DNA of 64,000 nt. Source: Blastocatellia bacterium (GTDB lineage Bacteria; Acidobacteriota; Blastocatellia; RBC074). Both the position numbers and the translations under genes were made by a program. The stretch is from assembly GCA_035652435.1 (NCBI GenBank), contig DASRDU010000014.1:1359-65358 (forward strand), in the 5' to 3' direction. Each line of letters begins with the position of its first letter. Within the stretch, counting starts at the first letter, position 1. This document shows positions 18,425 to 27,267 of this stretch, in pieces. The notes below the pieces were generated by a model. That model worked only from the letters and a program-made list of their open reading frames with translations. It did not search any database and was not told where the DNA came from.

Positions 18425-20992
18425 ATGGTCATCCGCAAATGTATCAAGCTTGTCTTTCTTGCGGGCGTGTGCTGTCTGGTCGTGTTTTTCACCCGGCTGC
18501 CGCGCGTCGGCGCCGAGCTGCGGCAGGATGAGGCGCAGGACATCTCGAGGCAGGCGTACGCCATTCTGAAGAAGAACTGCCTCGCCTGCCACGGCGCGGC
18601 CAGAACTTCCGGCCTCGACCTGCGGACGGGCGAAGGCGTGACGATGGGCGGCGACAACGGACCCGTCATCGTGCCTTCCGACGCCGAGGCCAGCAAACTC
18701 TTCCAACTCGTCACGCACGAGCGGAAGCCGACGATGCCGCCGGGCAAAAAGCTTGCGGACGCCGAGATTGAAACGCTGCGGCGCTGGATCGAAGCGGGCG
18801 CCCCGACCGACGGGTTTGAGAAGACTGCCGCCGCCCCTTCGGGGGATGCCGGCAAAGCCGAACTCGCCAGACTGGAAGATCGTCCCATCACACCCGAAGA
18901 GCGCCGCTACTGGGCGTTCCAGCCGCCGCGGCGCGCGACACCGCCGCGCGTCGCCCCGGCCGACTGGAACAAAAACCCAATAGACACCTTTCTGCTTTCG
19001 GCGATGAAGGCGAAAGGCCTGAAGCCGTCGCCGCGCGCGGACCGCCGCACGCTCGTCCGCCGCGCTTACCTCGATCTGCTCGGCCTGCCGCCGAGCCCCG
19101 AAGAGGTGGCGGCCTTTGAAAAAGACACGGCGCCCGATGCCTGGGAGCGGCTCTTGGAGAGGCTGCTCGCCAGCCCGCATTACGGGGAGCGGTGGGCGCG
19201 CCACTGGCTCGACCTCGTGCGCTACGCCGATTCCGGCGGCTTCGAGTTTGACGTGGACCGGCCCGACGCCTGGCGCTACCGCGATTACGTCGTCAAATCC
19301 TTCAACGACGACAAGCCATATGACCAGTTCGTTAAGGAACAGCTCGCCGGGGATGAGTACGCGCCCGATTCACAGGAGGCGATGATCGCGACCGGGTTCC
19401 TGCGCCTCGGGCCGGAAGGCGGCGGGGGCGGCGAGCGCGGGCGGCAGGATTCGCTTGACGACATCATCACGACCACCACGCTGACGTTCCTGGGGCTGAC
19501 GGTCGGCTGCGCGCGCTGCCATAATCATAAGTTTGACCCGATCCCGCAGAAGGACTATTACCGCATTCAGGCAGTCTTCTACTCGACGCGGCCCGCCAGT
19601 TATCCGCTCGTCGGCGCAGACGTGGTGGCGGCGCACAGGGCCGAAACGCAGCGTATCGAGAGTATGCAGCGGCCATTGAAGAAGGCCAAATCGGATCTGG
19701 AGGCGCCTTACCTGAAGGCGCTCGTGGAAGAGGCCGTCAGCCGGCTGCCCGAATACATGCAAATCGCCTGGCGCACGCCCCCTGAGAAGCGCACGCCCGG
19801 CCAGCGCCTCAACGTGCAGCAGATCAGGAAGACGCTCGAAGACGATGCGCTCTCGCAGAAGCTGACCGAAAAAGACATCGTCGCACGCATGACGCCCGAG
19901 GACAGGCGCAGGCACGAGGAGCTGGTCGAACAGATCAAGACGCTCGAACGGCAGAAGCCGAAGCCGTACCCGACGGCGCGGGCCATCGGAGAGGACGGAC
20001 CCCGGGCGCGGCCTTCGTATTTCCTGCATCGCGGCAGCGTGGACGCGAAAGGATCGCTCGTCAGCCCGGGCGTACTCTCGGTCGCCTGCGAGAGCGAATA
20101 CCAGTTCCCGGCGCCGCCCGCGAACGCGAAATCGAGTTTCAGGCGGCGTGGGTTTGCCGAGTGGCTGGTCGCACCAGACAACCCGCTCACCGCGCGCGTC
20201 ATGGTCAACCGCATCTGGCAGCACCATTTCGGCGAGGGCATCGTCCGCACGCCCGGCAATTTCGGCCGGATGGGTGAGCCGCCCACACACCCCGAACTGC
20301 TCGACTGGCTGGCCACGGAGTTCGTCGCGCGCGGCTGGAGCATTAAGCAGATGCACCGCCAGATGATGACCTCGCAGGCCTATCAGATGGCGAGCAATGA
20401 CACGCCCGCGAACGCGGCCATTGACCCCGAGAATCGCTTCTTCTGGCGCATGCCGCGCGTGCGGCTGGAAGCCGAGATCATCCGCGATCAGATTCTGGCC
20501 GTCGCGGGCAACCTGGATCGCACGCTGGGCGGCCCGTGCGTCTATCCGTACATTGATCCGAAGCTTTTCCAGTCGAGTACCAAACGCACGTGGCCGGGTA
20601 AGCCCGACGATGACCCTTCAACATGGCGGCGTAGCCTGTACGTCTACTCCAAGCGGAGCATCCGCTACCCGCTTTTTGAAGCCTTCGACCAGCCGAACCT
20701 GATCAACTCCTGCGAACGCCGTAACCGCTCGACCATCGCGCCGCAGGCGCTGCTGCTGATGAACAACAACTTCGTCATCATGGAGTCGAAGTTCTTCGCC
20801 GAGCGTTTGCGGAAGGAGGCGGGCGACGACGCGCGGGCGCAGGCCGAACGGGCCTTTCGGCTGACGCTGGCGCGCGCGCCGACTGCGTTTGAGCTGACGA
20901 AAGCCGTGGAGTTCATTCGGAGCGGCCCGGACGGGCTCGCCGGATTCTGTCAGGCGTTATTCAATCTGAATGAATTCGTCTACTGGCAATAA
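18425..20992 (+). CDS. PSCyt1-DUF1549-PSCyt2-DUF1553 (PSD1) domain protein (the 'planctomycete cytochrome c' family).
   Basis: 'CLACHGAARTSGLDLRT' (heme-like CxxCH), DUF1549 'GERWARHWLDLVRYADSGGFEFD', 'CARCHNHKFDPIPQKDYYRIQAVF', and C-terminal DUF1553 'SCERRNRSTIAPQALLLMNNNF'. Confidence 0.85.
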   Translation: MVIRKCIKLVFLAGVCCLVVFFTRLPRVGAELRQDEAQDISRQAYAILKKNCLACHGAARTSGLDLRTGEGVTMGGDNGPVIVPSDAEASKLFQLVTHERKPTMPPGKKLADAEIETLRRWIEAGAPTDGFEKTAAAPSGDAGKAELARLEDRPITPEERRYWAFQPPRRATPPRVAPADWNKNPIDTFLLSAMKAKGLKPSPRADRRTLVRRAYLDLLGLPPSPEEVAAFEKDTAPDAWERLLERLLASPHYGERWARHWLDLVRYADSGGFEFDVDRPDAWRYRDYVVKSFNDDKPYDQFVKEQLAGDEYAPDSQEAMIATGFLRLGPEGGGGGERGRQDSLDDIITTTTLTFLGLTVGCARCHNHKFDPIPQKDYYRIQAVFYSTRPASYPLVGADVVAAHRAETQRIESMQRPLKKAKSDLEAPYLKALVEEAVSRLPEYMQIAWRTPPEKRTPGQRLNVQQIRKTLEDDALSQKLTEKDIVARMTPEDRRRHEELVEQIKTLERQKPKPYPTARAIGEDGPRARPSYFLHRGSVDAKGSLVSPGVLSVACESEYQFPAPPANAKSSFRRRGFAEWLVAPDNPLTARVMVNRIWQHHFGEGIVRTPGNFGRMGEPPTHPELLDWLATEFVARGWSIKQMHRQMMTSQAYQMASNDTPANAAIDPENRFFWRMPRVRLEAEIIRDQILAVAGNLDRTLGGPCVYPYIDPKLFQSSTKRTWPGKPDDDPSTWRRSLYVYSKRSIRYPLFEAFDQPNLINSCERRNRSTIAPQALLLMNNNFVIMESKFFAERLRKEAGDDARAQAERAFRLTLARAPTAFELTKAVEFIRSGPDGLAGFCQALFNLNEFVYWQ

Positions 20993-20996
20993 ACAT

Positions 20997-21100
20997 CCCC
21001 GGGAGCGCACGCGGCCCGCGTGCTGGTTTGGGTCTGAAGCCCCTTGAGCGACAGATGAGTCTCTCGTCACTGGCACGCGAGCCGCGTGCGCTCCCGGGAT
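20997..21100. terminator. Long GC-rich hairpin between the PSD1 and DUF1501 genes: an 18-bp perfect inverted repeat that extends to ~28 bp with bulges, and a 65-nt loop.
   Basis: CCCGGGAGCGCACGCGGC (20998-21015) pairs with GCCGCGTGCGCTCCCGGG (21081-21098). The flanking CGCGTGC/GCACGCG extend the stem. No U-tract. Confidence 0.6.
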
Positions 21101-21111
21101 AGATACTGGCA

Positions 21112-22524
21112 ATGAAGCAATACTTCTGTTCGAGACGAGAGCTTTTGCAGCAGCTGGGCGGCGGCATCGCCGGCGTCGCCTTCGCCGACCTGCTCTGCCG
21201 CAACGGGCTGCTGGCGCAGACCAGATCGCCGCTCGCGCCCAAAGCGCCGCACTTCCCGGCCAAAGCCAAAGCGGTGATCTCGATCTTCTGTTACGGCGGC
21301 GTCAGCCAGGTGGACACCTTCGACCCCAAGCCCGAACTGCTCAGACGCCAGGGCGAGGCGATGACGGGCGTGGGCGAAGTGCGCCCGACGATGGGCACGC
21401 CCGGCGGGCTGATGCCCTCGCCGTGGGAGTTCAAAAAGCGCGGGCAGTGCGGGATGGAGATTTCAGAGCTGTTCCCTCGCGTGGCCGAACACGCCGACGA
21501 CCTGGCGCTGATCCGCTCGATGACGGCGCTCAGCCCGGCGCACGGCCCCGCGCTATTCCAGATGAACACGGGCAGCATCCTCGCCGGGCACCCGAGCGTC
21601 GGCAGCTGGGTGACGTACGGGCTGGGCAGCGAGAACGAAAATCTCCCGGGCTTCATCGTCTTCACGGATTATCGCGGCGGCCCGATCAACGGCGCGCCCA
21701 ACTGGGGCAACGGCTACATGCCGGCGGCGTATCAGGGCACGCCGTTCCGCGACACCGGCGACCCGATCGTTGACCTGCGCCCGCCCGAAGGGCGCACGCC
21801 GGAAGGGCAGCAGAAATGGCTGCGGCTCCTGCGCGAACTCAATGAAAAGCACCTCGACCACAACCCCGAAGACGGCGAGCTGGCGGCGCGCATCCACTCC
21901 TATGAACTGGCTTTCCGCATGCAGACGCACGCCACCGACGCGATTGACATCAGCAGGGAATCCGCCGCGACGCTGAAAGCTTACGGCGTGGGCGAGCAGC
22001 CGACCGATTACTTTGGCCGCCAGGCCCTGATGGCACGGCGGCTGGTCGAACGCGGCGTGCGCTTCGTGCAGATCTTTTCGGGCGGCGGCAACTTCGAGCC
22101 GAGCTGGGACGCGCACTGGGATTTGAAGGGCAACCACGGCCTGCATTGCGCCGAGACCGACAAGCCCATCGCCGGCCTGATCAGTGACCTCAAGGGCCGC
22201 GGCCTCTTCGATTCGACGCTCATCCTCTGGCACGGCGAGTTCGGGCGCCTGCCGATTTCCGAGCGGATGGACGGGCGCGATCACAACGCCGCAGGCTTCA
22301 GCGTCTGGCTGGCCGGGGGCGGCGTCAAAGGCGGCACGGTCGTCGGCGCGACTGACGAGTACGGCTACCGCGCCGTCGAGAACAAAAAGACGATCTACGA
22401 ACTGCACGCAACGTTGCTGCACCTGCTCGGGCTCGATTACGAGAAGCTGACCTACCGTTTCGGCGGGCGCGACATGCGGCTGACCGATGTCCACGGGCGC
22501 GTGATCAGGGAGGTTCTGGCCTGA
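21112..22524 (+). CDS. DUF1501 domain protein (sulfatase-like fold, Tat-secreted). It is the canonical partner of PSD1/DUF1553 proteins.
   Basis: 'SRRELLQQLGGGIAGVAFADL' Tat leader. DUF1501 core 'ISIFCYGGVSQVDTFDPKP', and C-terminal 'ILWHGEFGRLP...DHN'. Confidence 0.85.
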   Translation: MKQYFCSRRELLQQLGGGIAGVAFADLLCRNGLLAQTRSPLAPKAPHFPAKAKAVISIFCYGGVSQVDTFDPKPELLRRQGEAMTGVGEVRPTMGTPGGLMPSPWEFKKRGQCGMEISELFPRVAEHADDLALIRSMTALSPAHGPALFQMNTGSILAGHPSVGSWVTYGLGSENENLPGFIVFTDYRGGPINGAPNWGNGYMPAAYQGTPFRDTGDPIVDLRPPEGRTPEGQQKWLRLLRELNEKHLDHNPEDGELAARIHSYELAFRMQTHATDAIDISRESAATLKAYGVGEQPTDYFGRQALMARRLVERGVRFVQIFSGGGNFEPSWDAHWDLKGNHGLHCAETDKPIAGLISDLKGRGLFDSTLILWHGEFGRLPISERMDGRDHNAAGFSVWLAGGGVKGGTVVGATDEYGYRAVENKKTIYELHATLLHLLGLDYEKLTYRFGGRDMRLTDVHGRVIREVLA

Positions 22525-22879
22525 GAGTCAAAGGGGCGATTCAGCCGGCCCCTCACTAAGCTCATTCAAGCCTGCTTAAGCCGGTACAAGACCTGCTGAC
22601 GAAGGCAGTGTTTTATTGACACTGTTCTCACTTCTTAAGGAATCGCGTGACGGGTTTGATCGAAATTGATAGAAATGAGCATTCCCGAAAATCGCGGATC
22701 AACTGACTGACACTACCTTTAGCTGGCTTTGCGGGGTTCAGTGGGCCGGACGCCGCGTCCTTTGGCAGACGACAACAGGCCGGATGTGGCGTCCGGTTCC
22801 GAATAAATTTGTGTTCCCCGCTCGAAGGCGGGGGAGGGGATTGGACTCTCACCTATCAATTACCTGAGGGGGGTTGGTT

Positions 22880-25800
22880 ATGGAACGACCACATGCGAGA
22901 AAGCTGAATCAGAGCCGGGCAGTGATCGGAATGTTGTTGCTGCTGGCCGTACTCTTAATTCCTGCCACCACGGCCCGGGCGCAGTTGCGGATTGTCGGGT
23001 CGGTCTCCGGGACGGTCCAGGATTCGACCGGGGGCGTGATCCCGAACGCCAGGGTTGTTTTGAAAGACTCGAAAACCGGCATCACGAAGGAAGTCACCTC
23101 GACCGAGAGAGGTACATTCCTGTTTCCGGATCTGCCCAGCGGCTTGTACGAGGTGACGGTGACGGCGCCGGGATTTCGGACGGCGCTCCTCAATAACATC
23201 TCCGTTTCGACCAACCAGACGACGGACGTGCGGATCAGCATGGAGGTCGGCGCCACGTCGGAAACCATCACGGTGAGTGGCGGAGATGCGCAGACGCTCG
23301 AAACCTCCTCTCAACTGGTGGCGAGTACCCTGACGACACAGACGCTCGCTCAACTGCCGGTCGCCAATCGCAGCAATGTTCTGGCGCTGGCCCGGCTCGC
23401 TCCCGGCGCCTCACCTCCCACGGGCGGCAGCACGCGCTACAACAACCTGGCGGGCGGCGCGGTCAACGTCACCGTGGACGGCATCAACAATGCCTCGAAT
23501 GGGTTCAAGAGCGGCGGGACCGTCTTCTTCGCAACCGTGCCTTCCCGCCTGGGGGCGGTGGAAGAGGTGACGGTGGAGACCGGCGGTCTGGGCGCGGACT
23601 CCGGCGCGCAGAGCGGCGCGAATATCAAATTCACCACCCGGCGCGGCGGCAACCAGTATCACGGCAGCGGCTTTTACGAATTGCGCAGCGAGCAGCTCAG
23701 CGCGAACAGCTGGTCGAGAAACGCCCAGGGGTTGCCGCGAGTTTACAACCGCAATCACGAGTTCGGCGGGAATTTCGGCGGGCCGCTGGTTCCATTCTTC
23801 GGGTTGAGAGAGAAGCTCTTCTTCTTCGTCAACTATGAATACCGGTACAACCCGCAATTCAACAGCACGACACTGGCCATCCCGACGCCCGACGCGCTGA
23901 AAGGCATCTACACGTATGTCGTCAGCGGCACGACCAATCAGCTGCGGACGGCCAACGTGCTGGACCTGGCCGCCGCGCGGGGCCTGCGGACGACGCTCGA
24001 TCCGGTCGCGCAGGCAATCCTCAACATCAATAACCAGATTCCGAAATACAGCCGGCAGATTGCGGATAACGATTTCAACCGCGATTTCTACACCTGGGAT
24101 GCGGAGAACAATCTGAAACAATACTTCCCCACCACGCGGGTGGATTATTTCGTGACGCCGAAACAGCAGCTGACGTTCACCTGGAACTACTACCACAGCT
24201 GGCAGCCGGGCGCGCGGCGCCTGCCGGTGCCGGACATCGAAAGAACCAACCCGTTCCGCATCGGCTATTTCGTCTATTCCGGCGCGCTGCAATCCACGTT
24301 CGGGACGCGCACCTTCAACGAATTCCGCTACGGCGTGCAGCACAGCGGGGACACCAACACGCGCGATGAGTACGGCCCCTACTATCAGTTCAACAACAAG
24401 CCGTTGCGCATCGGCGCGACGTTGCCGTTCAGCCTCGCGAGCCCGCAGGGCCCTCTGGTTCCGTTCATTGACCAGCAGAACGTGACGGGCCGGCACTTCA
24501 TCACGACGATGTACGACACGATGACGCTCAACCGCGGGCAGCATACGATCACGCTCGGTGGCAGCTACCGCAAAACCTCCTGGAACGATGTCGCCGTGGT
24601 TTATCAGGTCCCGACGTACGCCACCGGCACGCCGTCGGGCGATCCGCTGCAAGTGTCACAGGCGTACACCACCACCACCCTGCCCGGGATCAACAGCACC
24701 CTGCTGGGCGATCCCCTGGCGCTCTACAACCTGTTGACCGGCAGAGTCGCCTCGTCAGGCTTCACCCGTGTCGTCAACCCTGAGACGCTCAAATACGACG
24801 GCATCCAGGAGCAGAACTACACCTGGACCAACTCGAAAATGGGCGGCCTCTACGCGCAGGATCGCTGGCGCATCCGGCGAAGCCTGACCTTGAATTACGG
24901 CTTACGCTGGGAGGTGCAGGGCCCGATGAAGGACGGCAAGGGGCTGACGGCAGTCCCGGATCTGGCGAGCCTGTTCGGGCCTTCGAAGAGATTGTTTGCG
25001 CCGGGCGACCTGAGCGGTAACAACAACCCGACGGTCGAAGTCGGCCGGGTGCCCTACGACACGGACTGGCTCAATTTCGCGCCCAACATCGGTTTTGCCT
25101 GGAATCCCAATAAAACCGACGGCCTGCTGGGCAAAGTGCTGGGCGGTCAGAAGACCGTCTTCCGTGGTTCCTATTCGACCATTGTCTACGACGAAGGGAC
25201 GCAGTTTTTTGCGGCCAACTTGGGGCCGAATGCAGGCAAAACAATCGGGGCCACCACGCTCATACCGGGGACGGCGGGCGCGACCAGTCTGCCGGCCTTC
25301 TACACGCTCTCGGACATCGTGGGCAATCCGCTGACCGTTTCAAATTTCGCGTTCACGACGACCGAGTACAAGAAGGTCATCAACCAGGCGGATCAGACTT
25401 TCGCGCGGACGATCAATGGTTTTGACCCCAACCTGCGCGCGCCGTACACCGAAAATTATACCTTCGGCATTCAGCGCGAGTTGTGGAAGAACACGGTGCT
25501 GGAAGTTCGCTACGTGGGCAACCAGTCGAAACTCGCCTGGCGCACCAGCAATTTGAACGAGGTCAATATCTTTGAAAATGGCTTCCTGAACGAGTTCAAG
25601 AACGCGAAGAAGAACCTGGACATTAACGTGGCGGCCGGCGTCAACAGCTTCCAGAATCTGGGGCGTTCGGGGCAGGTGGCGCTGCCGATCTTCGACGCCG
25701 CTTTCGGCGCTCGCGGCGCGCTCGCGGCAATCGCGGCCGGCTCCGGTTACCAGTCCACGGCCTTCATCACCAACCTGCAAAACGGCGAGGCCGGCGCCCT

Positions 25801-26779
25801 GGCCAACACGCTGGCCACTAACCAGAACTACGTGTGCCGCATGTTCGGCAGCAACTTCAGCCCCTGCGCCCGGGTGCTGCCGACCGCCAACGCACCGGGG
25901 CCTTACCCGATCAACTTCTTCCTGCTCAACCCCTACGTGGCCGGCCGCATGAGCATTGTGGATAACGGCGGCTGGCACGGCTACAATGGCCTGCAGATTC
26001 AGTTCCGGCAGCGGCTCTCGCAGGGAGTGAACTGGACGACCAATTACACCTTCAGCAAGAGCCTGACCAATCTGGCCGCAGACAACCAGAACCAGAGCCT
26101 CGATTATGTGACTTTGCGTGATCCCGGACTGAACCGCCGGTTGTCTCAGTTCGACATCCGCCACGTCATCCAGACCTACGGGACCTATGAGCTGCCAATC
26201 GGTCGAGGGAAGTGGCTGGACCTTAATAACCGCTGGCTCGATACCGCAATCGGCGGCTGGACGCTGGGCTCGATCTTTGTGTTTAATACGGGCCAGCCCA
26301 TCCAGTTGACGGGGGGATTTCAGACCGTCAACAATAGCAACAACCCGACGCAGAACGGCGTCAGGCTGGCACCGGGCGTCACGCTCGACCAGATTCAGAA
26401 GCTGTTTGACGCGGAGCGGACGCGCCTGACCGGCAGAGCAGGCATTACGGACCTGCAACGGCTGGCCGTTGATCCGAGCCTGATCGGCCCCGACGGCCGC
26501 GCCAACCCGCAGTTCCTGCTCCCGAACACGACTCCCGGTGAATTCGGGCAGTTGCTTTTCCTGCGCGACAAGAATACGTTCCAGTGGGACGTTTCGCTGA
26601 CGAAGGCATTCAGGATCACTGAGAAGACGCGTTTCGAGCTGTTTGCCACCTTCAACAACGTCCTGAATCACCCGCGGTGGGGCTTCCCCGATACGAACGT
26701 CTTCAGCACGACGTTCGGCGTGGTGGGCGCTCCCTCAGGGAATCGCACGATCAACCTGCGCGGGACGCTCAGCTTCTGA
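22880..26779 (+). CDS. Carboxypeptidase-regulatory-domain TonB-dependent receptor-like outer-membrane protein (SusC-analogous acidobacterial type), intact, ~1300 aa.
   Basis: Signal peptide, an N-terminal CarbopepD_reg-like fold ('RIVGSVSGTVQDSTGGVIPNARVVL...GLYEVTVTAPGF'), a plug-like region ('NGFKSGGTVFFATVPS'), a long beta-barrel, and a C-terminal 'TINLRGTLSF' (terminal aromatic). The ATG at 22880 lies 7 nt after a GAGGGGGG RBS. Confidence 0.85.
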   Translation: MERPHARKLNQSRAVIGMLLLLAVLLIPATTARAQLRIVGSVSGTVQDSTGGVIPNARVVLKDSKTGITKEVTSTERGTFLFPDLPSGLYEVTVTAPGFRTALLNNISVSTNQTTDVRISMEVGATSETITVSGGDAQTLETSSQLVASTLTTQTLAQLPVANRSNVLALARLAPGASPPTGGSTRYNNLAGGAVNVTVDGINNASNGFKSGGTVFFATVPSRLGAVEEVTVETGGLGADSGAQSGANIKFTTRRGGNQYHGSGFYELRSEQLSANSWSRNAQGLPRVYNRNHEFGGNFGGPLVPFFGLREKLFFFVNYEYRYNPQFNSTTLAIPTPDALKGIYTYVVSGTTNQLRTANVLDLAAARGLRTTLDPVAQAILNINNQIPKYSRQIADNDFNRDFYTWDAENNLKQYFPTTRVDYFVTPKQQLTFTWNYYHSWQPGARRLPVPDIERTNPFRIGYFVYSGALQSTFGTRTFNEFRYGVQHSGDTNTRDEYGPYYQFNNKPLRIGATLPFSLASPQGPLVPFIDQQNVTGRHFITTMYDTMTLNRGQHTITLGGSYRKTSWNDVAVVYQVPTYATGTPSGDPLQVSQAYTTTTLPGINSTLLGDPLALYNLLTGRVASSGFTRVVNPETLKYDGIQEQNYTWTNSKMGGLYAQDRWRIRRSLTLNYGLRWEVQGPMKDGKGLTAVPDLASLFGPSKRLFAPGDLSGNNNPTVEVGRVPYDTDWLNFAPNIGFAWNPNKTDGLLGKVLGGQKTVFRGSYSTIVYDEGTQFFAANLGPNAGKTIGATTLIPGTAGATSLPAFYTLSDIVGNPLTVSNFAFTTTEYKKVINQADQTFARTINGFDPNLRAPYTENYTFGIQRELWKNTVLEVRYVGNQSKLAWRTSNLNEVNIFENGFLNEFKNAKKNLDINVAAGVNSFQNLGRSGQVALPIFDAAFGARGALAAIAAGSGYQSTAFITNLQNGEAGALANTLATNQNYVCRMFGSNFSPCARVLPTANAPGPYPINFFLLNPYVAGRMSIVDNGGWHGYNGLQIQFRQRLSQGVNWTTNYTFSKSLTNLAADNQNQSLDYVTLRDPGLNRRLSQFDIRHVIQTYGTYELPIGRGKWLDLNNRWLDTAIGGWTLGSIFVFNTGQPIQLTGGFQTVNNSNNPTQNGVRLAPGVTLDQIQKLFDAERTRLTGRAGITDLQRLAVDPSLIGPDGRANPQFLLPNTTPGEFGQLLFLRDKNTFQWDVSLTKAFRITEKTRFELFATFNNVLNHPRWGFPDTNVFSTTFGVVGAPSGNRTINLRGTLSF

Positions 26780-26796
26780 ATCAGACTCGCAGGGAT

Positions 26797-26872
26797 GGGA
26801 CAGGCGCTCACCACGGAGGGCAGGAGAGGGTCACGGAGGCTTATCCCGCCCTCCGTGGTGAGCGCCTGTCCC
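26797..26872. terminator. Perfect 25-bp inverted repeat hairpin (26-nt loop) 18 nt downstream of the TBDR stop. Probable intrinsic terminator or REP-like element.
   Basis: GGGACAGGCGCTCACCACGGAGGGC (26797-26821) pairs with GCCCTCCGTGGTGAGCGCCTGTCCC (26848-26872). No trailing U-run. Confidence 0.65.
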
Positions 26873-26958
26873 GGAGTCTCAGGGGCTGATCTGGTACACA
26901 TCATTTGAGTAGATCTCCTGCAAAAGCCCTTTCGAGGGTGACGCGCGGCTTCGAGTGC

Positions 26959-27040
26959 GGTAGCGCAAACTGTCGAGTTTGCGTCGTTTCGATAACGAAC
27001 CGCTTGATGAAGCGACACAAACTCGACAGTTTGCGCTACC
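26959..27040. repeat. Second perfect 23-bp inverted repeat (36-nt loop) in the same intergenic region, upstream of the DUF885 gene.
   Basis: GGTAGCGCAAACTGTCGAGTTTG (26959-26981) pairs with CAAACTCGACAGTTTGCGCTACC (27018-27040). Confidence 0.65.
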
Positions 27041-27267
27041 CTTTGTGTGACTTCAGTCTCTTCCGGGGTGCCTGGCTCTAAAGTTTGGACTACTTTTGCA
27101 AGAAGTCTGCCGAACCCTTAATGGTCGCGGCTCGGAAGGTTACGCCACGCCCATGAAGGGCCGGCACAACTGGAAATTGAGTCTCAAAACCGGAGGGGCA
27201 GGATTGAGGGGCGAAGGGACAAGGACTTTGTCTCTTCGCCCGTTTGTGCTAACCGGGATGGCTGATT

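Noticed and set aside
22525-22879. Possible promoter (TTGACA at ~22615) and small hairpins (CAGTGT...ACACTG; CCCCGC...GCGGGG) in the AT-richer leader of the intact TBDR gene.
   Set aside because: The -10 element is poor and the hairpins are short (5-6 bp). Plausible regulatory leader, but the sequence evidence is too weak to call specific elements.
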